From: Monocercomonoides exilis PA203
Taxonomy: Eukaryota; Protista; Preaxostyla
Direction: 5' to 3'
Assembly (NCBI GenBank): GCA_001643675.2
Contig: LSRY02000019.1
Coordinates: 1,116,001 to 1,180,000 of the forward strand
DNA length: 64,000 nt
Part shown: positions 1 to 14,208 of the stretch, piece by piece
How positions within the stretch are numbered: position 1 is the first letter of the stretch
Layout of the letters: every line of letters begins with the position of its first letter
Made by a program: the position numbers and the translations under genes
The notes under the pieces: generated by a model
The model's database searches: none
Told to the model about the DNA's origin: nothing
Seen by the model: only the letters and a program-made list of their open reading frames with translations

Positions 1-13
1 ACCCATTCCACCC

Positions 14-2767
14 TTGAATATATCCAGCCATTCAACACATCGCCAACACCCTCATCAACCTCAACACTTTCAACGTCTTCATCAGCTTCATCAGCCTCAT
101 CAATCTCATCATCCTCACCCACAAAACTCCACAAGCCCTCCTTCAGACAATGCAATTCCCTTTGATTCAGCCAAAGGCCCTTCTCTTCTCGTTTCTGTCT
201 CCCGCCCAAAGGCGCAGCGCTTCCCGAAGGACACGTATGCAGCAGCTGCCTTGCTGTTTGGCGAGCATCTGCCGACAAAAGAGGAGAAAAGGAGGAGAAG
301 AAGAAGAATTAGAGAGCTGTTCAGAGAGCCCTTTGAGAAGTCTGTGTGTGTGGTGACAAAGGACGGGAAGCAGATTGTGTCGCAAACGGATGTGGGTGAG
401 GCAAAGGCAAAGACGAAGAATGAAGAAGAAAAGGAAAGAGAAAGGGAAAGAGAAAGAGAGGGAGGAGAAGAAAGAGGAGAAAATGAAGATGACAATGATA
501 ATGATAATGATGCTGATATTGATAAAGAAGCAAGTGAAGAATTGCCTGCTTTTTCAGCATCTCCTTCATCAGAGCCATCGACAGCTGGCTCTGCTGTCCA
601 TCCATCTTCTCTTCTTCCTCCTTCTTTGGGCCCTTCCTTTTCAAAGCCTCGTTTTCACTCTGAATTCCACCCCTCTTCTGTGCCAAACCCATCTCTTCAC
701 GATTGTATCAAACCAGATGTGCTTTCTTCTTCTTCACTAACACCTCAACTGCATCCAATTCACCATTCACGTGTATATTTGTCCCGTTCTCCTGTTTCAT
801 CATTATCACCTTCTCCTCCTCATCTTTCTTCTTCTTCTTCTTCCCCAACAAACGTGCATTTCCCAATCAACAATGAAAATATCCTTCCTTCTCCTTTGCC
901 ATCTCCACTCTCTTTTCAGCGCAGCAACACAAACACCTCATCAAATAAGGAATCTTCTTCTTCTTCTTCTTCTTCTTCTTCTTCTTCTTCTTCTTCAGTG
1001 ACTTCATTTTCAGAACCTGTTTCAGATCAAATTCCTCTTCCTCTCTCGTCTTCTTCTAATTATTCATCAGAGAAAGATAAACTGGACAATAAACCAAATA
1101 TTGCATTATCTGAACACGCAAAAAGGAATGAATCATTGAAAGATGAAGATAGTGGAGTGAATAATGGAATAGCCAATACAAATGAGAATAAGAAGGACAC
1201 TGAAGAAACAGTTGATGATAAAAGAGGGAAGAATCAGAAAAAGGAAGAAAATGAAGATGAAAACGAAGAAAAAGAAGTAGACGACGATAATGAAGAAGAA
1301 GAGGAAGAAGAGGAAGAAGACGAAGGAGAGGAAGGAGAGGAAGGAAATATTCAGAAAAAGTCTCTTCGTGAACAAGAACAACCGCCAACCCCAGTTCAGT
1401 TTGTACCCTTTTCAGATCCCTTCCGAAAGGAATTGCAAAGTAAATCTCAAAGAAACAGCAACATTGCATTCAATGACAATCAACATGCACTCCAAAATGC
1501 TTCATCATCATCTTCCTCTTCCTCTTCCTCTTCTTCCTTTTCAAATTGCATCTCATCAATACGCTCAAAACCTTCATTACATCTTTCCAACTCGTTCGAT
1601 TCAATCCCTTCTGCTTCTTCCGACTTCTTCTCTTCTCCCTGTACTCCTCCTTCTCCTCCTTCTCCAGCATCTCCTTCTCCTTCCACACAAACAACTGATT
1701 TAGCCTCGTCATTCTGCCCCTCAACCACATTTTCCCCTCCTCCCGCACTTGTTTCCATTCATCCACAATTCACAGAAAATAACCACTTGAATCAAAATAT
1801 AAGCCAAATTATGAGCCAAAATCATCATCAGAACCAGCTTGTTCAACAGAACATTCAACAAATTCAACAGATTCAGCAGCAAATTCAACAAAACCAACAA
1901 GAAGATCCGCTTTCAACCAGCCAAAAACTCAGTTTGAGTGATTATCATTCGCAGATGACACAAAGCTCTGCTTCAATGATATCACATTCTCATCAGCTGC
2001 AATTGTCTCCTTATTCCTTTTCTGATTCATCATCATCATCATCATTGTCACCATCACCACTCTCTTCAGCAACAACAACAAATTCTTCTTCTTCTTCTTC
2101 TTCAGCTTCTTCCTCAACCTCCTCTTCTCCTTCTCCGCATTTTCTAACTCCATCTCCTCGCTCCCCTCGTTCCCCCCGTTCTCCTCGCACATCTTCTCTT
2201 TCTGTGCCAACATCTGCCATGCAATCATCATTGAGTTCACAGGGTTGTCTATTAAGTGCTCAGAAACTGGTGTTGCTTGACAATAAGCATAATAATAATA
2301 ATAATAGCGATGGCAAAATAACAGAATTTACCAATTACACTCATTTCCCTTCTCAAATAGCAAATGATTCAGCTTCTGGTTCTTCTGTGTCTTCGTCATA
2401 TCTTTCGGCACTTCCTGAAGTTTCTCTTCTTTCTCCTCATTTCACTTCTTCTCTTCCTTCTTCAACATCTGCCTTATCATCATCTTCATCTTCTTCTTCT
2501 CCTGCTGCTGCTCCTTCTCTTCTATTGTCAGCTTCTTCTTCTCATCAGAGAATTGTTATGCCTCAATTGAATGGGCAAATGAATTCAGAACAAAAACAAC
2601 CAGAAGATGATCAATTGCACCATCATTACAATCATAACAATCATCATCAGCATCATCATCATAGTAATCATCATAGCCAAAATATAGAATCTTCAGATAT
2701 TCATCATCAACATCATAATTACCATCATCATTCCAATCATTATGAACATTCTGATCATCCAAATGAA

Positions 2768-2814
<47 letters not shown>

Positions 2815-5800
2815 ATATAATCATAACCACATTCACACTTCCCTTTCTCCACATCACAGAAACGACAGAAGCAACCTACATTATCATTCAATGGAAAATG
2901 ATACTCATATAATACCAACTGCTTCTCCATCTTCAATGATGACTGTTCCTCAGAAGCATCACATAGAAATCACAGCGCTTTCTCGTATTTCTGAGCAAAA
3001 ACCAAAGAAGAACTGGCATTTTGTCCCTCCTTTCAGTTTCTTTGCTTCGGGTTATTCTTATTTGCCTCCTTTTATCTCAAATTATAACCAAATTAATGTT
3101 TTGAACAGCAAAGCTAAGCAAAACAAGAAAGATGAAAGATTCGAAGGAGTATCAATGAATGAATCGCAGAAATCATTTGAAAATGCCATGCAGACAGCAA
3201 CACAGTCAACGCCATCAAAGCAGATTAGCATTAACGCAAACGACAATACATCTTCTGAAGAAAAAAGAATTGCATTGTTTATAAACAATAGCAACTTCAA
3301 TCACACTAATACTGGAATGTCTTTTTCTAACAGTTCTTCTTTGAACTCTCCTTTGTCCATACAAACTGTTCAATGTTTACACAACCCTGACTCAATGACT
3401 TCTTCCTCCTCCTCCTCCTCCTCATCTTCTTCTTCTTCTACTTCTACTTCTTCTTCATTGTTAAACAACTCTTCATTTTATCCCCTTCACCCCATTCGCT
3501 CTTCACCACATAAGCACACAGACCCCTTCTCTGTTGTGAATGCCCTGACACCTCCACCTCCACACACAGCACAGTTTACTCATCCTCCTCTTTTTCCTTC
3601 TTTCTCTCTCTCTCCTTCACACCCACTCAATAACAATGAAAATTGCAATCACTTCAATGAACTCATTCACAATCATTTCCACAACAACATCAATGGAAAC
3701 ATCCATACATCGTCTTATTTTGCATTCCCTTCTCTTTCATTGCGTTATTTGTCATTCAGAAATGCCCTTGGCCAGCCAGGCAAGACAGATCTATCGTTCA
3801 TTCACAGAGGAATAACACAGCGCCATTCAAAGAAGCAGCAATATTCTTTCAAACAGCTGGATATTCCTGAGTTTGAAGGGAAGAAGGATGGAAAAGAAGG
3901 TGAAGGAGAGAAAATAAAAGATGGAGCAATCGCTTCGTCATTGTCAGTGTCTTCTTTATCTTCTGTATCTTTCTCTTCTTCTTCTTCTTCTTCAGTTTAT
4001 CCTTCTTCCCCTTCTTTTTATACTTCAACTAACACATTGAATAGTTCTCAATCACCAACATCACTTCACACCCAAAATTTTGCTTCCTCCTCTTCTCAAT
4101 CAGAAGAATCTCCTTGTTTCACTCTTTCGCCTTACGTAGCTCCTCATCCAGTTGTTCAAACAGATTCAATAATACTGAATTCAAATGGATTATCGTTATC
4201 TTCTTCTTCTTCTTCCTCCTCCTCCTCCTCATCATCATCATCACCTTCTTCTTCTTCTTCTTCTATTGCTTCTTCTCCTTCCTCCTCTTCTTTGCACTCA
4301 TCTTCCCCTGATTTCTCCCCAGACCTCACAAACTCAAAGTCTTTTTTCCATTCTCTTCAATCTCTTCCTTCGCCTCCTTCTCTTCATTATCCTCCTCTCC
4401 CTTTTCCCCAATCTTCTTCTTCTTCTTGTTCTTGTTCTCCTCCTCCAAACATCCTTCCTCTCGAAGACAATAGCAATTCCCAATTCGAACAATCCTTCTC
4501 TCCTTTTCTTGGCTCTTCTTCCTCTTCCTCTTCCTCCTCCTTTTCTTCTTCTTCTTCTTCTTCTTCCTCACACAAACAGCATTCAGCGGCATTCTCTCCA
4601 ATCAGCGCACCTGCAGTTGGCAGGCAGCCACCAGCCGTTCTGACTTCATTCACTCACTCTGCTCAACAGCCTCAAGTGAATGTGACAGCAACATTAACAT
4701 CATCAGCATCATCAACATATGCAGCATCAACTACAACTGAATCATCATCATCATCATCGTCACTTGCTTTGCCATCTTCTTCTTCTCCTCTTCCTCTTCC
4801 TTCTTCTTCCTCTCAATTTCATTCTCAACAACACCCTCAGCAACTCCTTCAGCAACAACATCAACAGCATCAGCTGCCTCAACAGCTTCAACAGCATCAT
4901 CTTCTCTATCCCCAGTTGCAATCCCACATTCCATCTCATCTTCATCCTCATTCCAGTTCTCATTCTCTCTCTCGCTCTCCTCTTCATTCTCCTCTTCCTT
5001 CTCCTCTTCCTTCTCCTCTTCCTTCTCCTCTTCCTTCTCCTCTTCATTCTCCTCTTCATTCTCCTCTTCATTCTTCCTCTCGCCACAATCATCCTGTCCT
5101 TCACAGCTGGAATTCGTTTGACGTGTTCAAAGATTATCTTCGGATGATATTTCGCATACAAACTGCGTTGTATATGAAGACGATGCAGAAGGAGAACAAA
5201 GAGAAAGAAAAGGGGAAGAATGAAAGAGAAGTCAAAATGAGAGGAAAAAAAATTCATGTTCAAAGTCAAAGACAAAATCAACACGAAAATCAAAATCAAA
5301 ATGGAACAGAAAATTTCACAGAAAATTTCAAAAGTGTTGGAAGAAACAAACAAAACATACCATTTTCTGATCAAACACATTTTCCATTTGTGCCTTATGC
5401 TCCACAAAACAGCAGTCAAACGGGAAATTCAATAGAACATATTCCAAACTCATTTGCTCAGAATTCAGCTGCTAATCCTTCCCCTGCACAGAGCCCTGCT
5501 TCTTTCCCGTTGAACGTTCGATTATCAGCTTCGCCTAAGTTTCTACCGCATTTTCATACGCATCATCATCCTCCTTCGTATTCTTCATCTTCTTCGTCTT
5601 CTTCGTCTTCTTCCTCCTCCTCCTCCTCTTCTTCTTCTTCTATTCCTGTTTCTTCTTTATCTAATTCTCCTTCCATTGTTTCTTTTTCTCCTTCGCCATT
5701 CCCTTCTCCTGTTCAATCATCTTCTCCTTCTGGTTTGCATGTGCGTTCTTCAACTCTGACAACATGTGATGCTCCTTCTATTGCTATTCCAAATTACATT

Positions 5801-7837
5801 CCTTCTTCCTTTTCTTCTTCTTCCTCCTCCTCATCATCATCCTCTTCTTCTTCTCCACTTGCTTCTCCTTCTTCTCCTTCTCGCTTTCATTCTCCATCCC
5901 TCCAGCGTTCATTTACAATTTCTTCAAATTCACCAAACAACCATAGAAGGTCTTATTCCATATCCAGCACACCATTTTCACCAGATGCTTCTCCAAATTC
6001 CAAATCAAATAATATTCTTCAGTCAACTCCAACGCGAAATATGCAAATAACTTCATCATCATCATCTTCTTCTTCTTCTTCTCCCTCTTCCTCTCCTTTA
6101 TCTTCTCCTTTATCTTCCTCTTCTATTTCCTCCTCTTCTTCTTCTCCTTCCTCCTCTCCTTCTTCTCCTTCCATTTCCGACTTATGGCGCATCTCCACCG
6201 GAAACCACTTCTTCTCCATCTGCCCCTCATATCCGCAGTATCTTCTTGTCCCTTCTTCAGTCACAGACGAAGATCTGATGAAATCTTCTCTCTTCCGCAC
6301 GAACCAAAGACTTCCTGTGGTCTCCTTCATCCACAGCAATGGCTGTGTGATTATTCGCTCTTCTCAGCCGAAAACAGGGTTTTTGGGGAGCGGAAGGTCA
6401 AAAGAAGACGAATATTTGCTGAGGGAAATAATGCTGGCTGGGGTGAAAGGGCATGAGCAGTGGAAGGCGAGGAAGGAGGAGAAGAAGGAGAGGAGGAAGA
6501 GGAAGAAGGAGAGGAAGCTGCTGAAGGAGAAGAGAAGAGCGGAGAAGAAGAGGAGGAGAAAGAGAAGAAGAAGAAGAAATAGAAATAGAAAGCATTATAT
6601 GAGAAAAGCAAAAGAAGGAAAGAAAATGGATAAGCATTATTATAAATATCATCATCACCACCACCATCTCAATCAAACCTCAAACCAATTCAATCGTTCA
6701 GACGAGATGCAAATCAAGTTTTCGTTGGAAGAAGCAAAAGGAAATGCTATTCATTCGCTCAAGAGTGAATTAAACAGAGATTTGAATTCAGTTGATAAGC
6801 AGAAAAAGAAGTTTCATGACAGTCAAAATGAAAGAAAACCACAAAATTTTCAATCAAACATGCCAAAAGACGTCAGAACAGCCAGAAGTTGCACAAACCA
6901 CTCAGATTTCATTCAAAACGAGCAATTTCCTCGCATTCACGATAGAAAACATGTCAAAACTGTTTCTCCTCATTCCTGCAATGAACATGGAAGAATAATG
7001 CAGACGAGTCGTGTTGGTGATACATTCCAAAATGAAATGTTTCTTTCTTCTTCTTTTGGTACTGCTTCTGCTTCTTCTTATTCTCATTTTCTGCCAACAT
7101 CAACTTCTTCTTCTTCTTCTTCTTTCCGTCCTTCTTCTGCTCCTCATACGTCTGGCTTCTTAAATGCTTATGCTATTACTTCATCACATCCAAACTTTTC
7201 TTTTCCATCTTCATTTTCTTCGTCTCTTCCTTCAACTTCTTATCTTCTTTTTCCTCCTTCTTCTGTAAAAATTGAGAATCCAACTCATTCTTCTTCTTCC
7301 TCCTCGTCTTCCTCTTCTTCCTCTTCTTCTGTTATAACTTCTTCATCTCTACCAACATCAAGATATTTGAAAGATATGCCAGCACCAGAATTTTTTGTTC
7401 AAAAAAGGAAGAATGTCAATAAAGAGAGTGAAAAGAAAGAAGATAAAGAAGAAGAAAAGAGAGAAGGAAAAGAAAAAGGAAAAGAAGAATTCAAAATGGT
7501 AAGTCAAGAAAAAAACGAAGATAAAACGCAAAATTCAGAAGATTTCAAAACTCAAAAAGGAATCAAACAAGAAGTTCCTTTGAAATCATCATCATCATCA
7601 CATCTTCATTTTTCTTCAGCTTCTTCGGCCTCTCCTGAAGTTGATCCTCATCTCAATCCTAATTCATTCAGAAATTGGCAACCAAAATACAAACAACAAA
7701 CAAAAGTTTCCAAAATACCACCTTGCAACGTTGCTCATAAGCATTCTTTGTCTGCTTCTTCTTCTTCTTCTTCTTCTTTTCCTTTTCCAACTTCTTCTCC
7801 TCATCCTTCTCTTCATCCTTCTTTTCATTCTTATCAT

Positions 7838-7869
<32 letters not shown>

Positions 7870-10800
7870 ATTTGCTGCTTTGGATGTTCATTTGGGTGCC
7901 CATTCTGTTTCTCCGCCTTTTCATTCAAACTCTTTTGCCAATTCGGCACATTTGCACTTCATTCGACACAATCCTCATAAAGCTCATCAACATCATCAAC
8001 CTCATCACATTCATCATCTTCATCATTCGAATAATAATAATAGTAATAATAATAAAAGATTATGCGCTTCAAGTGATTTATTGGATGTGACACGTGATTT
8101 ATCATTTTCCTCTTCCTCTTCTTCTTTCTCTTCTTCTTCCTCCTCCTCTTCTTCTTCCTCTTCTCCATCTTCATTGACTCTTCCTGTCATCCATTCAGGT
8201 TCTCGCAATCAATCAACAACAGGAACAACTTCGTCAAATCTTTCAAAAGATATTCAAACAGATGATCGTTTGCAGAAAGAAAAAGCTATCACATGCCATA
8301 TGAACATTGCTATGTCAACGAAATTGGATGAAAACAAAAGAGAAGAAGGGGAAAGAAGAAATGTTCTAACTAAAAACAACATAAAAAGGAATTCAAGTGG
8401 AAAAAGTATTGGAAAAGAAGCCAAAAAAGTTGATGATAATGAGACAGAGGAGGAAGAAGAAGAAGAAGAAAGAAGAGAAGAAGAGGAGGAAGATGACGAA
8501 GATGAAGATGAAGAGGAAGAAGAAGAAGAAAGAGACTCAGAAATAAGTGAAGAAGAACGGAAACACATAGCAATTGGAATATTTGAAGCCACAAAAATGC
8601 CTCCTCCAATCAACCAGCCTTCTCAAAAAGCGACTAATAATGCAGAATCAGCAAGGTTTTCTTCAATAACATCCTCGGAAAATTATAAAGTTTCAAAGCA
8701 TATTTCTTCTGCTGCTGCTTCTGCTGCTTCATCTTCTCTTTACTCAGATTCTCCTCACTCTTCTATTACTTCAACTATCAATTCTGTCCAATTACCAGAA
8801 AAAAAGTTCGTTGCTCATCCTTCAAACCAAGTTTCTGCTAATTTATCAGCAAACTCTTTTTCGCAACCATCGTCTTTGCCATTCACACATTCGAAGGGAA
8901 AAGAAGATAAAAATTCCAATTTGAATATTTTACCAGCAAATAAACAAGAAAGAGGCAATACTAATTCTAATGCAAATCTTATTGGAACATCAATTCCATC
9001 AACCGCCCAAGCATCTTTGAATAATCCTTCTTTTCCAAATACTTCTTCTTCTACTTCTTTCTTTCCTTCTTCTATTTCTCCCTCATCTTTTCCTTCTCAA
9101 TCACAAACAACACCAATTTTCCATCCAATTTCTATTCGAAGGCATTCTCTTCCTTCTGTTGCATTTGACTACGACGAAGATCTTTCATTCCATCCAGAGC
9201 AAACATGGCAAGCGTGGAATGAGCCAGAAAAGACAAAAGCTGCTCTTCAGAACAACAAACAGCCAGAATACACAGAAAGAATAGCTACAACTGCAACAAC
9301 AGAAAAAATGATAAATTCTTCAATGCCAAATTCTTATTCAAAAGAAGGAGGATTTTTCGAGAAGCAGACAGAGTTCAGATTGAGATTATCTCCTCTTCAA
9401 TCAACTTCTGGTGCTCCAACTGAATCTACTGCAACACCTGCTTTTTCTCTTTCTTCAGTCAGTTCTTCCCTTCCTCCTCATATTCAGCGGCAAAACAATG
9501 AAATGTCTTTCTCTTATAGATCTAACCAAATTAATACTCAAAATATCACCAAGTTCATTCCATCCAATCAGGAGCAGCCTCAAATCTACAAACAACCAAA
9601 GAAAAAAGAACAAGAAGTTGAACAACACAAACACACAGGTGGTTATCAGCCAATCATTCAGAGACATTCACCACAAGAAGAATACAACTCTCTGCCTGCT
9701 AGTTATTCTGGGGGCGGCTTTTTGTCTGCTCATGTGTCGCCTCATTTGCCAGCAGTTTCAATGAGAAATGAACGCGAACAGTTCAACTTGCACCACACTT
9801 GTTCCTTCGACAATTTCAACTCCAAATCATCAGCAAAGATGTTCAATCAACTTTCATCGCATGCTGCTTCAAAGTCAAATATTGGCTCTTTTTCATCTTC
9901 TTCCTCCTCTTTTTCAAATCCAAACCCCAATTCCAATTCCAATTCTGACTCTATTTCTCTTCCTTCCTTTTCAAACATCCAAACTATCCCTCTTCATTCC
10001 AAAACAGTTCTCCAAAAGAAACCACAGACTTCTTTCACTCCGATGACACTGCCTCAATTTTCAACAATCAAAAGTCCCAAACCTTCTTCTCCCGCTTCTT
10101 CTCCTCGGTCCTCTCCTTTAAGTTCAGTTGAACCAATTTCATCTTCCTCCTCTTCTTCCTCCTCTTCTTCCTCTTCATCTTCCTCTTCATTGCCTCCTGA
10201 ATCCCGCACCACCCCAAGCACTCCCACCTCTTCCCCCGTCGCATCTCTTTCTGCTCATCCCGTCAAAAAGCGTCTTCTCATCCTCGACCTCCGCCCGAAA
10301 CTGAACGCCGTGGGCCAGTCATTCATCTCTGGTGGTTACGAATCTGAATCCAACTATCCCTTTGCCGAGTGCCGAAACTTAGCAATCCCCAACCTCCATT
10401 CCATGCGCACGTGCATGTCCTCTATGCGGGCGGCGTGTGTGGCGTGGGCGCACCGCGAGATCGATGCTGAGCGCTTCTACGCTCTGCTGCAGCTGTCACG
10501 CTGGCTGGAGAACATCCAGACGCTCCTGCGGTCTGCCCTGGAAGTCGCACAGGCTGTGCAAGGCGGGTGGAATGTGCTTGCTCACTGCACTGATGGCTGG
10601 GATAGGACGCCTACCATCACTTCACTCGCATCCTTGCTGCTGGATCCGTTCTACAGGACGATTGCAGGCTTTTCGACGCTGGTGAAGAAGGAGTGGATGC
10701 ACTTTGGGCATCAGTTTGCGACGAGGTACGGGAACAGGCAGAGAGGGCAGCCGGCGGGAGAAGGAAAAAGTAATTACGGGCACAAGCACACTAACAACGG

Positions 10801-13177
10801 AAGAGCTGGTGGAGGCAGGACAGGAGAGCATAGCAACAATGGTAGTGGTAATACTGCTGATGGTGGTAGTTGTGGTGGTGGTGGATTGAAGGGAAATACG
10901 AGCAAAATGATGGAGCATGGCTCTGCTTTACCATCGTCCGCACATCCAGTATCTTTTACGCCTGTCTTTCCTGCTTCTCAAATCTCTTCTTCTTCTTCTT
11001 CTTCTGCATTTGACAAACCGCATTCTCCGTTGACTTCGTTATTTCCTTCTCCAGCTCCTTCATCTTCTCCCATCTTTTCTCCAAACGCTTCCCATTTTTC
11101 TCTTCAAGCCTCTTCTCCTTCGGCCATTTCTTCTCTTTCTTCTGTTTCTTCTTGTGATACAGCTAGTGTCAAATCAGCTAGTTATTCAGCAAAACAGCAG
11201 AGCACAAGTTATTCAGAGAGAGGGCATTTCAGCCGCCTACAAGATGCTTCTGTTCCGTCTGTTGAATCTCCCTCCATTCCTCTCTCACCTTCCTCCACCT
11301 CTTCTACTTCTTCTACTTCTTCTCTTCACTTCTCCTCAGCTCATTATCAGTCTGGTCTTTCCTCTCCTTCCCCATTTCCTTCTCCTTTCCTATCACCATC
11401 TCCTTCTCCTTCTCCTTCTCCTTCTCCTTCTCCTGTTTCTTCCACTCCTTCCTCTTCCCCCCTCTTCGCATATTCTCCTTCCAGCACTTCTCCTTACGTC
11501 ACTCCCACTCAGTTCACTGGCCGGCTCTCAACACCTCCAACAAGTTCTTCGTTCTCTTCCTGTTTGTCTAGCAATGAATTGTCTGCTTCAACTCCTCCTT
11601 TTACAATGTCGTCGTATTATCCTCAGCAGAACACTCAAGCGGTGCCTGCTTCTTTCTCTTCGTCATTTGCTTCTTCTTCTGCTCCATCTTCAACACCTTC
11701 TTCTTCTTCTTTGATGTCAGCTTCTATTCAGGCTCAATCTCAGCCTCAACCCCAATCTCACATTTCTTCAACAGATACGACTTCTCTTTCTTCTCTTCAG
11801 TTGCATCCTTCTTCTGAAGCACTGAATGCAGTTTCACCTCAACAGCTGCCGAAGTCTCTTGCACATTCACAGCTTTTCAATCAAATGCCCAGACAGGAAT
11901 CATCTGCAGCCCAGAAAACAAACAATGCAGCTCAAATAAAAACATCAGCACAAACACAACAGAAATTGCATTCAGATAGACAAAAGCAGAAAGCTGAGGT
12001 TGTGTCAGTGAAAGATCCAAAGAAAGAGTCAGCATTCAACGACTTCTCATTCCTTGGCCATGAGTTGTCTGTCATTTTGAATCTTTCAGGCAACTTTTCC
12101 GCAGACGCCAATCGCAAACAGCTGAAAAAGAAAGAAGAAACAGAGAAATCGCAGAAGCAGAAGGAGAAAGAGCAGAAACAGAAAGGAAAGGCGATGGAAA
12201 GAGAGAAAGCGAAGGAAAAAGAAAGAGAGCGGGAGCAGAAAGAGAAAAGTGACAAGGAGGCGCGGAAGGAGCACAGCCGGCAGGCAGAGAAGGAGAAGAA
12301 GTGCATGCGGGACGAGCACGACAAGCAGTATGGCCCTATTTTCCTGCAGTTTCTGGACTGTGTGCATCAGCTGGTGGTGCAGAATCCGACGCAGTTTGAG
12401 TTCAAAACGAGTCTTTTGGTGTTTCTGTACCGCCATCTGCACAGCGGGAAGTACGGAGACTTCCTGTGCGACAACCCGAGGCAGGCGGCTGAGCTGAACT
12501 TGGAGGAAGAGACGGAGACGGTGTGGAAGAGGATCAGAGAGAAGGAGAAGCTGTTTGTGAATGAAGAGTACGAAGGGAAAGAGGAAAAGGGGGATGAGAA
12601 GATAAAAGATGGAGGAATGATGGTAAGTGAGGCAGAAGTCTATGAGAGTACAAAAGGGAGAGGAAAAGAGAAAGAGAAAGAGAAAGAGAAAGTTGAACAG
12701 ATGCAAAGAAGCGAGAGAAAGAGACATGAAGGAAAAGAAAGAATTAGCAAAGAGGCTGCAAAGGAATCATCTTCAACAGCAGTTTCTTTGAAACAGTCGC
12801 GAAATGAGTATGGTCATCATACAGCTTCGTCATCTCGTAATGAAAGCAGCAATGGCACAGACTCGAAACATATGACGAAAAAAGAATTAAAGAAAAAACA
12901 GAAGCGAACGCACAATTGCACCAATTTGAATGTCGACCTTGAGAATTGTGTGTTCTGGGAAGAGTTGTATTTAGCGCCGTTTGCTCATCTTCCTCGTCCT
13001 TCGCTGCGGAATTCGAGTTACAAAATACAGAACTCTTCGATTTCTTCTTCAGGTTTGCCTTCATCGTTGCCTACTGCTTCTTCATCATCTTCAAATACTG
13101 GTGCTTCTTCTTCTACGTCTTCTACAATAACAAGCTCAATTTCTGTTCCTTCTGCAAATAGGAATTCTTCTTCTTAA
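14..13177 (+). CDS. Myotubularin-family phosphoinositide 3-phosphatase, giant and low-complexity expanded; probably 5'-partial
   Basis: 4387-aa ORF, with the frame still open to the window edge. Myotubularin motifs occur in order: WNSFDVFKDYLRM, WRIS..CPSYP..L.VP..FR..QRLPV..RSSQP, ILDLRP...GGYE..NYP, active-site HCTDGWDRT (CX5R), LLLDPFYRTI.GF..LV.KEW..FGHQF, PIFLQFLDCVHQL..Q.P..FEF, and W..LY. Confidence 0.93.
4976..5073 (+). repeat. 12-bp coding tandem repeat (TCTCCTCTTCCT/TCTCCTCTTCAT; SPLP/SPLH)
   Basis: About 8 consecutive units are directly visible inside the myotubularin ORF. Confidence 0.85.
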
Positions 13178-14208
13178 AACAAAGTAAACCCACTAAATTT
13201 TGTTATTCATTAGATTTTTCATTTGTTTAGGTTCATTTCTTTTTTCCGTTTCTTTGAAAGACTTTTTTTATTACCATTTTTAATTGAAGTCAATTGCCTT
13301 TTAAGGTTTTATTTTTGTCTCATGCTTTGGTATTACTTTTATTTTTGGCTTTTTTTCATTTTTTTTCTCGTATTGTTATGAAAGCCAAATACTTACATAT
13401 CTTCGAGTTTTCATTTATTAGATTCTAATTCAATGTTGGAAGTTCACATTAAAGAAATTACTATTTTAGATTCTATTTCGTTTTTATTATGTTTTGATGA
13501 GAATTGTTTAATGTAATGATTTTATTTTTTTCGCATAGGTTTTATCTATTTACATATTTTGTGATTCTCCTTGCGTTTGTGCTCTTTATTCAGTTATCTG
13601 TTTATTTATTTCTGAATTTTTGTTTTCTTTTGATTTTGTGAGTTTCATGATTCATTTCTATCTTGCATTTCTTTTTGAAAATGCGAAAAGAAATGTTAGT
13701 GACGTTATTCTTTAGATTGTAAGTTGATATGAAAATCTGTTCAATTTGCATGAGATGATCTCGTGCTTCTATTTTTTTGATTGAAACTGTTAAGTATCCA
13801 AATCGTTTGTTTTTATTTTTAATTTTCAGTTTTCAGTTTTTCGAGAAGTACGTCTCTGAATTCGGTGTAATTTTGATTTTTGAGAATCTTCAAAAGAAAA
13901 AATAGTTCTTTTATATTTTTGTGATAACTTACGTTGTTTTATCACAGTTGATAGAAAAGCAAAATCTTTAAAAAAAAAAGTTTTGAAATTAAAATGCAAA
14001 TAAAGCAACATGTTTTTTATAAAGAACCCACGCAATTTTGAGATGCGTGAATTCAAAGGAATGGTTGGATTTTTATAACAAGTGAAAAATAACATCAATT
14101 AAACAAATACTCAATGATTCGCATGAATTCCATTGAAATAGGATGTACAATTAATCTACAGGGGAATTAATGCTTGTGAATGGCAACAAATAAGGAGCCT
14201 TAGGGTCT

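Noticed and set aside
6450-10270. Inteins as an explanation for the domain inserts
   Set aside because: No Hint-domain blocks or terminal HN-C/S/T motifs are seen; the inserts are low complexity.
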